From Elusimicrobiota bacterium (GTDB lineage Bacteria > Elusimicrobiota > Elusimicrobia > F11): a DNA stretch of 64,000 bases. A program made the translations under genes and the position numbers. The notes below the pieces were generated by a model that did no database searches, had not been told where the DNA came from, and saw only the letters and a program-made list of their open reading frames with translations. Of this stretch, positions 37,619 to 46,694 are shown piece by piece. Each line of letters starts with the position of its first letter. Position 1 is the first letter of the stretch. The stretch covers positions 352,001-416,000 of the forward strand of contig JBGAON010000002.1 in the NCBI GenBank assembly GCA_044221725.1, given 5' to 3'.

Positions 37619-38320
37619 TTAGATATGTTTTTGAAACGTAAAGCCAAACGATAGCGACGAATAGTCGCCGTCCACAATCTGCGCCATTGTTTCGAATTGT
37701 AAAACGGTTCCCTTCGGCGAGGGGAATTCGACTCCGAGAGCTCCCTGAAATTCGTTCCAGCGGTTCACCGCGCCGTCGTAGAAAAACTCGCCCGTGCTAT
37801 ACGGAATCATTCGAAATTTTCGAATGGTCGTGGCGCGTTCGATGCGTAAGCGATTTCGGTAGCGTTTCGACTCATCGTTGTGGAAATAGCGACATTCAAT
37901 GCGGTTTCGGTCATCCACAAGCCAAGCACGGCCCAACGGTTGGCGAACCGTGATTTCGGCTAGCGGTCGATGTTCATCGAATCCGTTGGGATCATCTTTT
38001 AAGTCAGAAACTTGCAAATAGCCGAGACGGAACGTAACACGTTTTGATTTTTCGGCATCGGGATCTTTAAACACGTATCGGCGAAAAAACGAAACAAGGC
38101 CGATATCCAAATCGTATTCGCCCCACGCGCTCGCGAACGCGCCTTTCGATGTGAGCCAATTGCCGGATGCCACGAAGTGGCTACGGAAAAATTTGTTGTG
38201 CGTGACGTACAGATCGAATTGCGGCGCGATGTATTTGTCGGTAGCGAGCACCATTTGTTGCGGTGCCGATGCGACAAAAGTAACGGTTGCGGCGAACAGA
38301 AATTTAAAGAAGCGGCGCAT
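37619..38320 (-). CDS. DUF2490-like outer-membrane beta-barrel (paralog of 26455-27159)
   Basis: Shares YDLDI.L.S.FRRYVFKDP..EKSKRV.FRLGY and RYRNRLR.ER. Confidence 0.8.
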   Translation of the reverse strand: MRRFFKFLFAATVTFVASAPQQMVLATDKYIAPQFDLYVTHNKFFRSHFVASGNWLTSKGAFASAWGEYDLDIGLVSFFRRYVFKDPDAEKSKRVTFRLGYLQVSDLKDDPNGFDEHRPLAEITVRQPLGRAWLVDDRNRIECRYFHNDESKRYRNRLRIERATTIRKFRMIPYSTGEFFYDGAVNRWNEFQGALGVEFPSPKGTVLQFETMAQIVDGDYSSLSFGFTFQKHI

Positions 38321-38321
38321 A

Positions 38322-39482
38322 TCAATACCAGAAGCCGAACGCGTACATCTGATTTAAATATCCGCGCGCAGCATCCACTGTGGCGCTAAATCCAATTTGG
38401 TTGTCCCAAAACATTTTCATTTTGAACAGGCGCACTTCCAGGCCGGAAGTGAGATGCCAGCGCGCCGAAACATCTTCGTAGTACGACGGCTCGTAATAGC
38501 TGCCAAGTCGAAGTCTTAGTCGATGCGGGAGTGCTTCCACTTGCCCGCCAACGCGAACGCTGGTCGTGGCGCGAGTGCCGATCGGTTGCTGAACCTGTTC
38601 AAGCACGGATTCAAGGCCAACCGAGTTATGACTTTTTGGAATGACGACAATGTCGCCCGCAATCAAGCATGCATGATTCTTCCAAAAAGGCGCGGACTTC
38701 GTCTGATACGACGTTCCTATTCCAAATTGAGCTGGCTGAACAACTTGATTCGGAATAATTATGCCGTTTACGGTGACCGGCGTGGTGCTCGTGTTGTTCA
38801 GCGATTGATGGGACTCCATTTTCGAGGCATACGACACTCCCCAGCGCATTGCACCTTTGTTCGGGTTCCAGACGAGCCCGGCTTGCCATCCGACCGCTGA
38901 GAGTTTTCCAATGGAAATATCCAAAAGAGATGATTTGATCTTGGTGTGCGTGGAGCGAATTCCGCCGCCCACCGTGAGTTGTTGGTTGAGAAATTGCCGG
39001 CCGCCGACAACCGCAACGCTCGGAATGACATACGTCGTTTCTTTTTCTGAGGTTTCCAGCGTGATGTATTGGCCAATGCTCAATACGCCCAATCCCCAAG
39101 GGCCCCATTGCCCCATAATCCCCAGCGAAAGAATTTTTTGGTCCGCGTTGTACGACGGAATATTACCGTTGTTGTCGAAGTCGTTTCCCTTTACGCTGAA
39201 CAGACCCGTCGTCCAATCCCAATCGAAGGTTTTCGTGGAGCGTTCGTTACGAAACGCAACACCCGCCGGATTGATGTTCAGCGAATTGATGCCTTCCGCG
39301 ACGCCAATGTAGGCGCCCCCAAGGCCAATTTGTCGCGACGATCCGATAATGGGTCCCGTTCGAACGTCGAGTGTGTAATCATTGTTTTTTACTGGGGACC
39401 CGCTGAGTGCGTGTGTTTTCGCGGTCACAAAAAATGTGACCAGGAATAACGTAAAAGAAGCGCAGAACTTTCGGGCTATCAC
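38322..39482 (-). CDS. FadL/PorV-like outer-membrane beta-barrel
   Basis: SRQIGLGGAYIGVAEG...L..NPAG plug motif; LRLG.YYEP; terminal AFGFWY. Confidence 0.7.
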   Translation of the reverse strand: MIARKFCASFTLFLVTFFVTAKTHALSGSPVKNNDYTLDVRTGPIIGSSRQIGLGGAYIGVAEGINSLNINPAGVAFRNERSTKTFDWDWTTGLFSVKGNDFDNNGNIPSYNADQKILSLGIMGQWGPWGLGVLSIGQYITLETSEKETTYVIPSVAVVGGRQFLNQQLTVGGGIRSTHTKIKSSLLDISIGKLSAVGWQAGLVWNPNKGAMRWGVSYASKMESHQSLNNTSTTPVTVNGIIIPNQVVQPAQFGIGTSYQTKSAPFWKNHACLIAGDIVVIPKSHNSVGLESVLEQVQQPIGTRATTSVRVGGQVEALPHRLRLRLGSYYEPSYYEDVSARWHLTSGLEVRLFKMKMFWDNQIGFSATVDAARGYLNQMYAFGFWY

Positions 39483-39567
39483 ACTGCGTTTATAGCGTAT
39501 CGCGAGGGGAAAGGCTGGCCTTGCTGCCAGTTTTTCCTGCGGATGAGTATTCGTTCAGCGAAGAATG

Positions 39568-39957
39568 TTAAGCGTTGTACGCCACACTAATCTTGCAATC
39601 GATTTCGCAGCCGCACAAATCAGCGGCGCTATAAAGCGGTTGCGCGCAACGCGCTTGGCCGCGTCCGTTGGGAAGCCGTTGTCGCACAATGGAATCAATT
39701 TTGCTTTGAAGATTGGTTTCTCCGTCACCGCAACCACCCGGACAAGCGGCCATGAAATTCACGGGATCGCCGGGTCCGTATTCGAGGTGGTCGTCTTGGA
39801 GCACGTGACCTTGCTTATTCGAAAACCGCAGGTCTAAAACCAACCGCTCGATTTCAGGAAAATAATTCTTTAACGGAAGATCGCTTATTTGTCCGCGCTG
39901 ACTTCTCTCTTGATTTTTGTTGGGATTCTTGGTGATCCGTTTCTTTTTGTAGGGCAT
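39568..39957 (-). CDS. Hypothetical cytoplasmic Cys-rich (putative metal-binding) protein
   Basis: Basic N-terminus; CPGGC...C...CGC...C; starts 3 nt after RRM gene stop. Confidence 0.7.
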   Translation of the reverse strand: MPYKKKRITKNPNKNQERSQRGQISDLPLKNYFPEIERLVLDLRFSNKQGHVLQDDHLEYGPGDPVNFMAACPGGCGDGETNLQSKIDSIVRQRLPNGRGQARCAQPLYSAADLCGCEIDCKISVAYNA

Positions 39958-39960
39958 GCC

Positions 39961-40431
39961 TTATCGCCAACGGTCGCCGCGTCCGCCATCTCTGTCACGA
40001 CCTCCGCGGTCGCCCCGGTCTCTGCCGCCGCCACGTCCACCACCAAAGCCGCCGCCGCCTCCGCCGCGGTTACCGCCACCGTATCCGCCACCACCGTAAC
40101 CACCGCCGCCGCGGTTCCCGCCGCCGTAACCACCGCCACCGCCGCCACCTCTGTTGCCTCCGCCACCAAAGCCGCCGCCGCTACGTTTTTCCATCGGACG
40201 TGCTTCGTTAACTGCGATTTGACGACCACCAACGCTGCTGCCATTTAATGCCGCCATTGCGGCTTTTGCTTCCGCATCGTTCGGCATTTCCACAAATCCG
40301 AACCCGCGCGAACGACCGGTTTCGCGATCGGTCACAATTTTTGCACTGCTCACATTTCCATGCGGCGCGAACAGATTTTTAAGATCGTCTTCCGACGTAT
40401 CGAACGGCAAGCTGCCTACAAACAATTTCAT
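39961..40431 (-). CDS. RRM RNA-binding protein with Gly/Arg-rich tail
   Basis: KLFVGSL (RNP2), RGFGFVEM (RNP1), VNEAR; GGGNRGGGG(Y) repeats. Confidence 0.95.
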   Translation of the reverse strand: MKLFVGSLPFDTSEDDLKNLFAPHGNVSSAKIVTDRETGRSRGFGFVEMPNDAEAKAAMAALNGSSVGGRQIAVNEARPMEKRSGGGFGGGGNRGGGGGGGYGGGNRGGGGYGGGGYGGGNRGGGGGGFGGGRGGGRDRGDRGGRDRDGGRGDRWR

Positions 40432-40511
40432 TTAGTCTCCATTTTCGACGAAGAATTTAAAATCACACGTGCCACCATACAATAAAGGAGCCAATTAATC
40501 TTCGTTGCGCG

Positions 40512-41360
40512 TCAGAAAAAGTATTTCCCGTAGAGTTGCACGCCCGTGTATTGGAAATCTACGTTTCCGCGAACATCAACGTTCGGATAATTGTTGCTGG
40601 TCGCCTGCATAGCAAAACGCATGCTGTCCACGCCCAGGCCGACGCCCAGGTGGCGAATCGGCAAGTATTCAACAGCCGCACGAAGTTGAGTGAGCCTTCC
40701 TGAGAATCCTTGATAATCGATCGCAAAAATCTGCGAGCCCGATCGCAGAAACCATTTTGGCGTAAGGGCCACATCGAGACGCAGTCCAACGACCGGAAGC
40801 GGAGCCGTGAAATTGAGATCGCCCGACGTATTCGTGTTGCCCGTGGACGTAACGCCGAAACGAATTGGCATCACATAGACTCCAAAGACACCGGCCACAT
40901 CCACGCGATCGTCTTGAAGTAGCGAATAACTATAGGCTGTTTCGATGATATCGAGATTAAAATGAGATTCAACATTGCTGCCCGCTTTGATCGTAATCGT
41001 GTTCCCTTCTCGGTCGCGGATGTCAAAGTCTTGACCCACTTGACGATTCGCCGAACGCCTTAGGGCAAACCAGGAGAGGTCGAGTCGATGCTTTCGATTT
41101 TTTGTGAATCGCCAAAAGGACTCCGCCCGAGCGACCGAGGTATGACCTTCGAGTCCCAACACATCTTCAACGTCAACGTCGACTCCCAATCCTGACCCAA
41201 TGCGAACGCCAGAATCGGTGTCGGAAAAGAAAGCGCCGACGCTCAAGCTAAATTTTTCCCATGGATTTTCGACGAGGGCGCTGGGATTGGCCGGCGTGGA
41301 ATCAGCGTAAATCGAAGAGAAGTAGCTCAGGAAAACAACGGTAAATAGGCACTTTTTCAT
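40512..41360 (-). CDS. Outer-membrane beta-barrel protein
   Basis: Signal peptide; D.E..LGL, WRF...HRL, APLPVVG; terminal GKYFF. Confidence 0.75.
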   Translation of the reverse strand: MKKCLFTVVFLSYFSSIYADSTPANPSALVENPWEKFSLSVGAFFSDTDSGVRIGSGLGVDVDVEDVLGLEGHTSVARAESFWRFTKNRKHRLDLSWFALRRSANRQVGQDFDIRDREGNTITIKAGSNVESHFNLDIIETAYSYSLLQDDRVDVAGVFGVYVMPIRFGVTSTGNTNTSGDLNFTAPLPVVGLRLDVALTPKWFLRSGSQIFAIDYQGFSGRLTQLRAAVEYLPIRHLGVGLGVDSMRFAMQATSNNYPNVDVRGNVDFQYTGVQLYGKYFF

Positions 41361-41434
41361 ATGATCTCCAACATTTTAATTTGTATGTAGCACATATATA
41401 GAAATAAAGAACGCAAAGGAATACGGGGGGCGTC

Positions 41435-43645
41435 GTGAAATTTTTACGAGTGTTGGTGGTATTTTCATTAATTGGGGGGGCGAACAGCGGTTTGCATGCC
41501 CAGGATAAGACGCGCCCAGTTCGTCCAAAGATTGGTTTGGTTTTAAGCGGCGGCGGGGCCCGAGGTGCCACGCACGTGGGAATTTTGAAAGTCCTCGATG
41601 AAATGCGAATTCCCGTTGACCTTGTCACCGGGACGAGTATGGGGTCCGCGGTGGGCGGGCTTTACGCGGCCGGACTCTCGGCTCAGGAACTCCAAGAAGT
41701 GTTTTTAAATTTCGACTGGGTTGCCGCGTTTGAAGATTCTCCGTCGCGCCGTGATTTGTCTTTCCGTCGGAAAGAAGACGATCGGAATTTTTTGGTGAAA
41801 GCGCGCGCCGGGGTCGGAAAGGGGGGATTAAAACTGCCACGCGGACTCGTCGAAGGCCAAAACTTTGTAACGGAACTTCGAAAACTTTCGCATGTCACCG
41901 AATCGGTAAAGAGTTTTGACGATTTGCCGATTCCGTTCCGCTGCATGGCGACGGACCTTGTCACTGGCAAACCGGTGGTTCTTGACCGCGGCGATCTCGT
42001 TAAAGCCATTCGGGCCAGTATCGCAATCGCGCCACTTTTCTCACCGATCGAAATCGACGGCAAATTGCTGGTCGACGGCGGTTATCTCCGCAATATTCCA
42101 GTCGAGATTGCACAAGCGATGGGCGCCGACCGTTTGATTGTGGTGAATATCGGTACACCGCTCTCTCCGCGCGAAAGCATCAATTCGGTGTTGGATGTTT
42201 TTTCGCAAGTGAGTCGCGTGGCCGGTGACGAAACAGACAAACTCGCGATCGCGAAGATGAAACCCGGCGATTTGTTGATCCAGCCGGACCTGGCCGGAAT
42301 GTCTTTCACAGACTTTGACAAAATTCCCGAATTTATGCGACGCGGCGAGGAGGCCGCGCGCGCCATGGCGGACCAACTGAAACAGTATTCGGTTTCCGAG
42401 CAGGAATACGCGCAATGGAAGAAATCGTTGCGCGGCCGCCCAAATTTTCCTGTCGTGAGCAGTCTCGAAATTCGAAACGGTACCCGGATTCCAACCGCCG
42501 TTATCTCTCCGTTCATTCGTCAGCCAATGGGGCAACCGGTTAACCCGCTGCAACTGCAGAAAGATCTTTCGCGAGTTTACGGTCTCGGGTATTTTGAAAT
42601 GTTGGATTACCACGTCGAGCCGCGCCAGGAATCCAAGGCGCTCGTGGTTGACGCGCCGCGTCGCAGCTGGGGACCGAACTATTTGAAACTCGGTGTGAAG
42701 GTGGCGGAAAATTTCAATGGCGACAGCAGCTACGGTATTTTGGTCCGCTACCAGAAGACGGAAATTAATTCGCTGGGCGCGGAATTTCAGGTGGACGGTG
42801 AGATCGGAACGAACCCGGGAGCCAAAGCGGAGTTTTACCAACCCATTGGTGCAATTCCCAATCGCATCAGTTACGGAGCGCCGTACTTCGTGTTCGCGAA
42901 TATCGGATACGCCAATCAGAACGATCCGTTGCTGCTCGAAATGCACAATCAAGTTCCCTTCGTCGTGAAAGCCGGAGCGGGCAGTCTCGGTGCTGGCCGC
43001 AACATGGGAAATTGGGGTCGGATCAAACTCGGATTGGGCTACCAGGATGATGTTTGGCGCACTCCCACCGTTCCGGATTTTCATTTGGAACAGCAAATCG
43101 GTGACGTGTTCGGCCGCGTGGAAATCGACACGCTCGACAAACCGGGATTTCCGCGCTTGGGTATGGTGGGAAAAATCGAGGCGCGAGGCGCCAGCGAATC
43201 GTTGGGTGCGGATGATTCGGCATCCGCGGTTAATGTCGATTTGGGAGGGGCGCGTTCCTTCGGTGATCACACGTTTCGTTTGAAGGGTCGATACGCCACG
43301 AACTTCTACGAAGCGACGTCCTCTCCTTATTTGTATCGGATCGGTGGATTTCTGAATCTCTCGGGCTTTTCACCAAACGCGTTGTTGGGAACCAGCATTG
43401 CTTTGGGGCAGGCACAATATCTTTACCGGGTCGGTTCGCTCGGAAAAACGCCGATGTACGCCGGATTGGCGGGGGAATGGGGTGGCGCGTGGAACAGCCG
43501 CGCGGAAATGTCCGAAGAATCTGGGATCTGGTCGGGCAGCACGTTTGTTGCGCTTGATACCGGAATCGGACCTGTCTATTTGGCATACTCGCTGGCGGAA
43601 GCGGGCCGGTACGCCGTGTCATTTAATGTTGGGCAAGCATTTTAG
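41435..43645 (+). CDS. Patatin-like phospholipase with POTRA and Omp85-like barrel (PlpD/type Vd-like)
   Basis: GGGARG, GTSMG, DGG motifs; central POTRA (YGLGYF); terminal FNVGQAF. Confidence 0.9.
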   Translation: MKFLRVLVVFSLIGGANSGLHAQDKTRPVRPKIGLVLSGGGARGATHVGILKVLDEMRIPVDLVTGTSMGSAVGGLYAAGLSAQELQEVFLNFDWVAAFEDSPSRRDLSFRRKEDDRNFLVKARAGVGKGGLKLPRGLVEGQNFVTELRKLSHVTESVKSFDDLPIPFRCMATDLVTGKPVVLDRGDLVKAIRASIAIAPLFSPIEIDGKLLVDGGYLRNIPVEIAQAMGADRLIVVNIGTPLSPRESINSVLDVFSQVSRVAGDETDKLAIAKMKPGDLLIQPDLAGMSFTDFDKIPEFMRRGEEAARAMADQLKQYSVSEQEYAQWKKSLRGRPNFPVVSSLEIRNGTRIPTAVISPFIRQPMGQPVNPLQLQKDLSRVYGLGYFEMLDYHVEPRQESKALVVDAPRRSWGPNYLKLGVKVAENFNGDSSYGILVRYQKTEINSLGAEFQVDGEIGTNPGAKAEFYQPIGAIPNRISYGAPYFVFANIGYANQNDPLLLEMHNQVPFVVKAGAGSLGAGRNMGNWGRIKLGLGYQDDVWRTPTVPDFHLEQQIGDVFGRVEIDTLDKPGFPRLGMVGKIEARGASESLGADDSASAVNVDLGGARSFGDHTFRLKGRYATNFYEATSSPYLYRIGGFLNLSGFSPNALLGTSIALGQAQYLYRVGSLGKTPMYAGLAGEWGGAWNSRAEMSEESGIWSGSTFVALDTGIGPVYLAYSLAEAGRYAVSFNVGQAF

Positions 43646-43670
43646 TCCCGAGGAGACATAAAGAACTTTA

Positions 43671-44030
43671 ATGAAGAATAAGATTTGGTTTTTTGCGACG
43701 TTCGTGGCCTTCGCTGTTTACACGAAGGCGATGGCAAATCCATGCGATGGCGATATCGATAAATATTGCGGTGATATCCAACCCGGACAAAAAGAAATCA
43801 CCTCGTGCTTAAACTCGCAAGATGGTCAGATATCATTCCAATGTCGCAATTGGTTACGCGTCTACGCCAGTATTGTTGACGACTTGGACAATGCGTGTGG
43901 GGCCTCTGCCCGCGATTTTTGTCGCGACGTTCGTCCCGGATTCGGCCGCGTCGCGAAATGTTTAAGCAGCGATTACGACAGATTGCCAGAGGACTGCCGT
44001 CGTGCTCTACAGAATAGCAATGCGTACTAA
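43671..44030 (+). CDS. Exported cysteine-rich repeat protein, copy 3 (close paralog of 17487)
   Basis: PCDGDIDKYCGDIQPG...CL.SQ....SFQCR.WL...NAC..SAR..CRDVRPG.GRV..CL....LP.DC. Confidence 0.85.
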   Translation: MKNKIWFFATFVAFAVYTKAMANPCDGDIDKYCGDIQPGQKEITSCLNSQDGQISFQCRNWLRVYASIVDDLDNACGASARDFCRDVRPGFGRVAKCLSSDYDRLPEDCRRALQNSNAY

Positions 44031-46416
44031 TCGCGGCTTTCTGTTTCAGCTGCTGCTATCAGCAGCGCTGTTTGCTCCACTCATGGGCGAAGAGTCCGCC
44101 GCCCCAGCAAATCCCAGTCCCGATCCTGATGGCGGTTGGCCGCGCATCATTTCTTCGGAATCCGGCTCGAAGATGCGCGTTTATCAACCGCAAGTGGAAG
44201 ACTGGAAAGATCAGCAGCTTCTTTCGGCGTGGACCGCTGTGGAATATTTGGCCAGTGGGCGCACGAAGTCGGACATGGGTGTTGTGAAATGGGAGGCGAA
44301 CACATCGGTTGCGATCTCCGAGCGTCTCGTTAAGTTCGACAACATTAAGATGACGCAAATAAGTTTTCCGACATTGGATCAAAACCACTCGCGCGAAGTG
44401 ACCTCGGGCCTTAAAGACCTTTTTCCAAAAGAAGGTCTCGTGATTTCTTTGGACCGTGTATTGGCGTCAATCGACAAAAGCAAGATTCGTACGGCCGGTG
44501 CGGAAATTAATCAGGAGCCGCCGCCCATTTTTTATGCCAGTCGCCCAGCGCTGTTAATTCAGTTCGATGGCGAACCGATCATGAGTCCGATCAAAGACAG
44601 CGAACTGAAATATATCGTGAATACGAATTGGGACATCATTCAGGATCCAACGAAGGGTGCGTATTACATGCGATACGAAAAACATTGGTTTGGTTCAAAG
44701 TCACTTGAAACCGGATGGGAACCGGTGAAGAAGTTGCCGGAATCTTTTGAAACGTTGCCGAAGGACAGCAATTGGGCCGATGTCCGCGCGGCGATGCCGC
44801 CGGAATCGTTGCGCAAAAGCAGCGCACCATCGCTTTATTTCAGTCACCGACCCGCCGAACTCATTCTCACCAAAGGCAAGCCGAAGCTCGAGCAGGTGGG
44901 AAAATCGAAACTTTATTGGGTGAAGAACACCGAATGCGATGTGTTCCAAATGAAAAAGGGAGCGTATTATTTCCTCGTTTCGGGTCGTTGGTTTGGTGCT
45001 CCCAAGCTGGAAGGACCTTGGAAGTTTGCTACGCCCGACCTGCCTGCCGAATTTAAAAACATACCGCGGACTCATCCGCGTGCGCGTGTGCGCGCGGCGG
45101 TTCCGGGAACCGACGAGGCGAACGAAGCCGTCTTGCTCGCTCAAATTCCGCAGACGATGACGGTAAACATTAAAGACATGACGCAGCCCGACGTGAAGTA
45201 TTCTGGGGAGCCGGAATTCGTTCCAATCAAAGGCACCAAGCTTTCTTACGCCAAAAATTCTTTAAACGACATTTTGAAATACGAAGACATGTACTACTTG
45301 TGCTACCAAGGTGCGTGGCTTCAGTCGCGCAAGGCCGATGGTCCGTGGGAATTGGCGAAATCCGTGCCGGATGAGATATACAAGATTCCTTCCGATTGTC
45401 CGTTGCATCATGTCACTTACGTGAAGTGTGGTTCCTCGACAGCGGAGACCATCACCTACGTTTCCGATTCCGGATATTCGGGCGTTACGGTGTCGTTCGG
45501 CATCGCGATGTGGGGAACCGGTTGGTATTACCCTCCTTATTATTACTACGGCGGTTATTACCCGGTTTACTACCCGTACCATCATAGTTACGGCGGATAC
45601 CCAATTTATAATTCGCGGACCGGCGCTTATGGTTATGGAAGTTCGGTGTCGGGCCCCAATGGAAGCTTGTCGGGTGCCGCGATGTACAACCCAAACACAG
45701 GAACCTATTCCCGTGGTGTTGTCGCAAAAGACGCGAACGGAACACGCGCGCGTGCAAGTGCTTACAACCCGCGAACGGGCACCTCTCTTCAGACGCAGCA
45801 GGGACGAAACAACCAAGGCGGAAGTTGGGGAACGACCAAAGTTCAGCGCGGCGACAATTGGGCGCAAACCGGCCACGTGAAAGGCGACAAAGGATCGGTA
45901 AGCGGAATCCGCACGAGCGAAGGAAATGGGGCGATCCGGGCCAGCGGCGAAAATGGAAGCGGCTTTGTCGGTAAGAAGGGCGACGATATTTACGCAGGAA
46001 AAGATGGAAATGTTTACCGAAGAACCGAAGATGGGTGGCAGCAATACGGTGAAAACGGTTGGGGAGATGTCTCAAAGCCAGAAAACCTGCCTGCAAACGG
46101 CGAACGCCCGTCTACCTCCGATCGTCCGGCCGGTGACCGTGGAAATGGAGCGGGCGTTTCGGATCGCATGTCGAATCAACCGTCCGTGGGCACTCGCGAT
46201 CAATTGAATCGCGATGCGGGTTCACGTTCCGACGGAAATCAACGGGTTCAAAATCGCGACAGTTACAACCGCGGGAGCGGTTCCTACGATCGCGGCTCTC
46301 GTGGAAGTGGCTCGTACAGTGGTGGCGGAAGTCGCGGCGGTGGATCGTACGGGGGCGGCGGCCGTTCCTATGGCGGTGGCGGTCGCGGAGGTGGTGGCGG
46401 AGGCCGGAGACGTTAG
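44020..46416 (+). CDS. Large exported protein with Tyr/Pro-rich segment, YNPxTG repeats and Gly/Arg tail
   Basis: Likely ATG 44020; GWPR..VYQPQ..W N-domain; YNSRTG/YNPNTG/YNPRTG; YAGKDGNVYR. Confidence 0.82.
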   Translation: MRTNRGFLFQLLLSAALFAPLMGEESAAPANPSPDPDGGWPRIISSESGSKMRVYQPQVEDWKDQQLLSAWTAVEYLASGRTKSDMGVVKWEANTSVAISERLVKFDNIKMTQISFPTLDQNHSREVTSGLKDLFPKEGLVISLDRVLASIDKSKIRTAGAEINQEPPPIFYASRPALLIQFDGEPIMSPIKDSELKYIVNTNWDIIQDPTKGAYYMRYEKHWFGSKSLETGWEPVKKLPESFETLPKDSNWADVRAAMPPESLRKSSAPSLYFSHRPAELILTKGKPKLEQVGKSKLYWVKNTECDVFQMKKGAYYFLVSGRWFGAPKLEGPWKFATPDLPAEFKNIPRTHPRARVRAAVPGTDEANEAVLLAQIPQTMTVNIKDMTQPDVKYSGEPEFVPIKGTKLSYAKNSLNDILKYEDMYYLCYQGAWLQSRKADGPWELAKSVPDEIYKIPSDCPLHHVTYVKCGSSTAETITYVSDSGYSGVTVSFGIAMWGTGWYYPPYYYYGGYYPVYYPYHHSYGGYPIYNSRTGAYGYGSSVSGPNGSLSGAAMYNPNTGTYSRGVVAKDANGTRARASAYNPRTGTSLQTQQGRNNQGGSWGTTKVQRGDNWAQTGHVKGDKGSVSGIRTSEGNGAIRASGENGSGFVGKKGDDIYAGKDGNVYRRTEDGWQQYGENGWGDVSKPENLPANGERPSTSDRPAGDRGNGAGVSDRMSNQPSVGTRDQLNRDAGSRSDGNQRVQNRDSYNRGSGSYDRGSRGSGSYSGGGSRGGGSYGGGGRSYGGGGRGGGGGGRRR

Positions 46417-46419
46417 AAG

Positions 46420-46605
46420 TTAAAGAGCCGGTTTCAATGCCGGTGCCGGCGTTTCAATTTTCGCTGGTGTGGGCGCCGGTTGCTCTTTTATCACTTCTTC
46501 TTGTTTTATTTCCGGTTGTTGTTGCGGTGGTTCCTTCGGGTTTTGTGCCTGCATTGTGAAACCGAGAACCAGGAAAAACACCGTGTTGACCGCAATCGAG
46601 ATCAT
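46420..46605 (-). CDS. Small exported Pro/Gln-rich protein
   Basis: RBS GGGGG upstream; hydrophobic N-terminus, low-complexity remainder. Confidence 0.5.
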   Translation of the reverse strand: MISIAVNTVFFLVLGFTMQAQNPKEPPQQQPEIKQEEVIKEQPAPTPAKIETPAPALKPAL

Positions 46606-46694
46606 TTTAATCACCCCCTATTTCTGCCTGGTGATGACAGCGTTCGTTGCATGATCTTGCATCTCATTCTTATGAAAATCTCGAAGGTCCCACT

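Noticed and set aside
39505..39540. Terminator after the 129-aa gene
   Set aside because: Stem relies on G-U pairs on the plus strand that become mismatches on the transcribed minus strand; no U-tract there
39889..40248. Ala/Thr-rich and Ala/Val-rich 119-aa ORFs
   Set aside because: Alternative frames of the GGC/GGT repeats encoding the RRM Gly-rich tail
42041..43270. 409-aa minus-strand ORF and similar long antisense ORFs (29740-30609, 35634-36515, 45262-46044)
   Set aside because: Shadow frames opposite well-supported genes, with no motifs or RBS
46645..46665. Sigma54 promoter (TTGCATGATCTTGCAT)
   Set aside because: Lacks the -24 GG and the spacing is one base short
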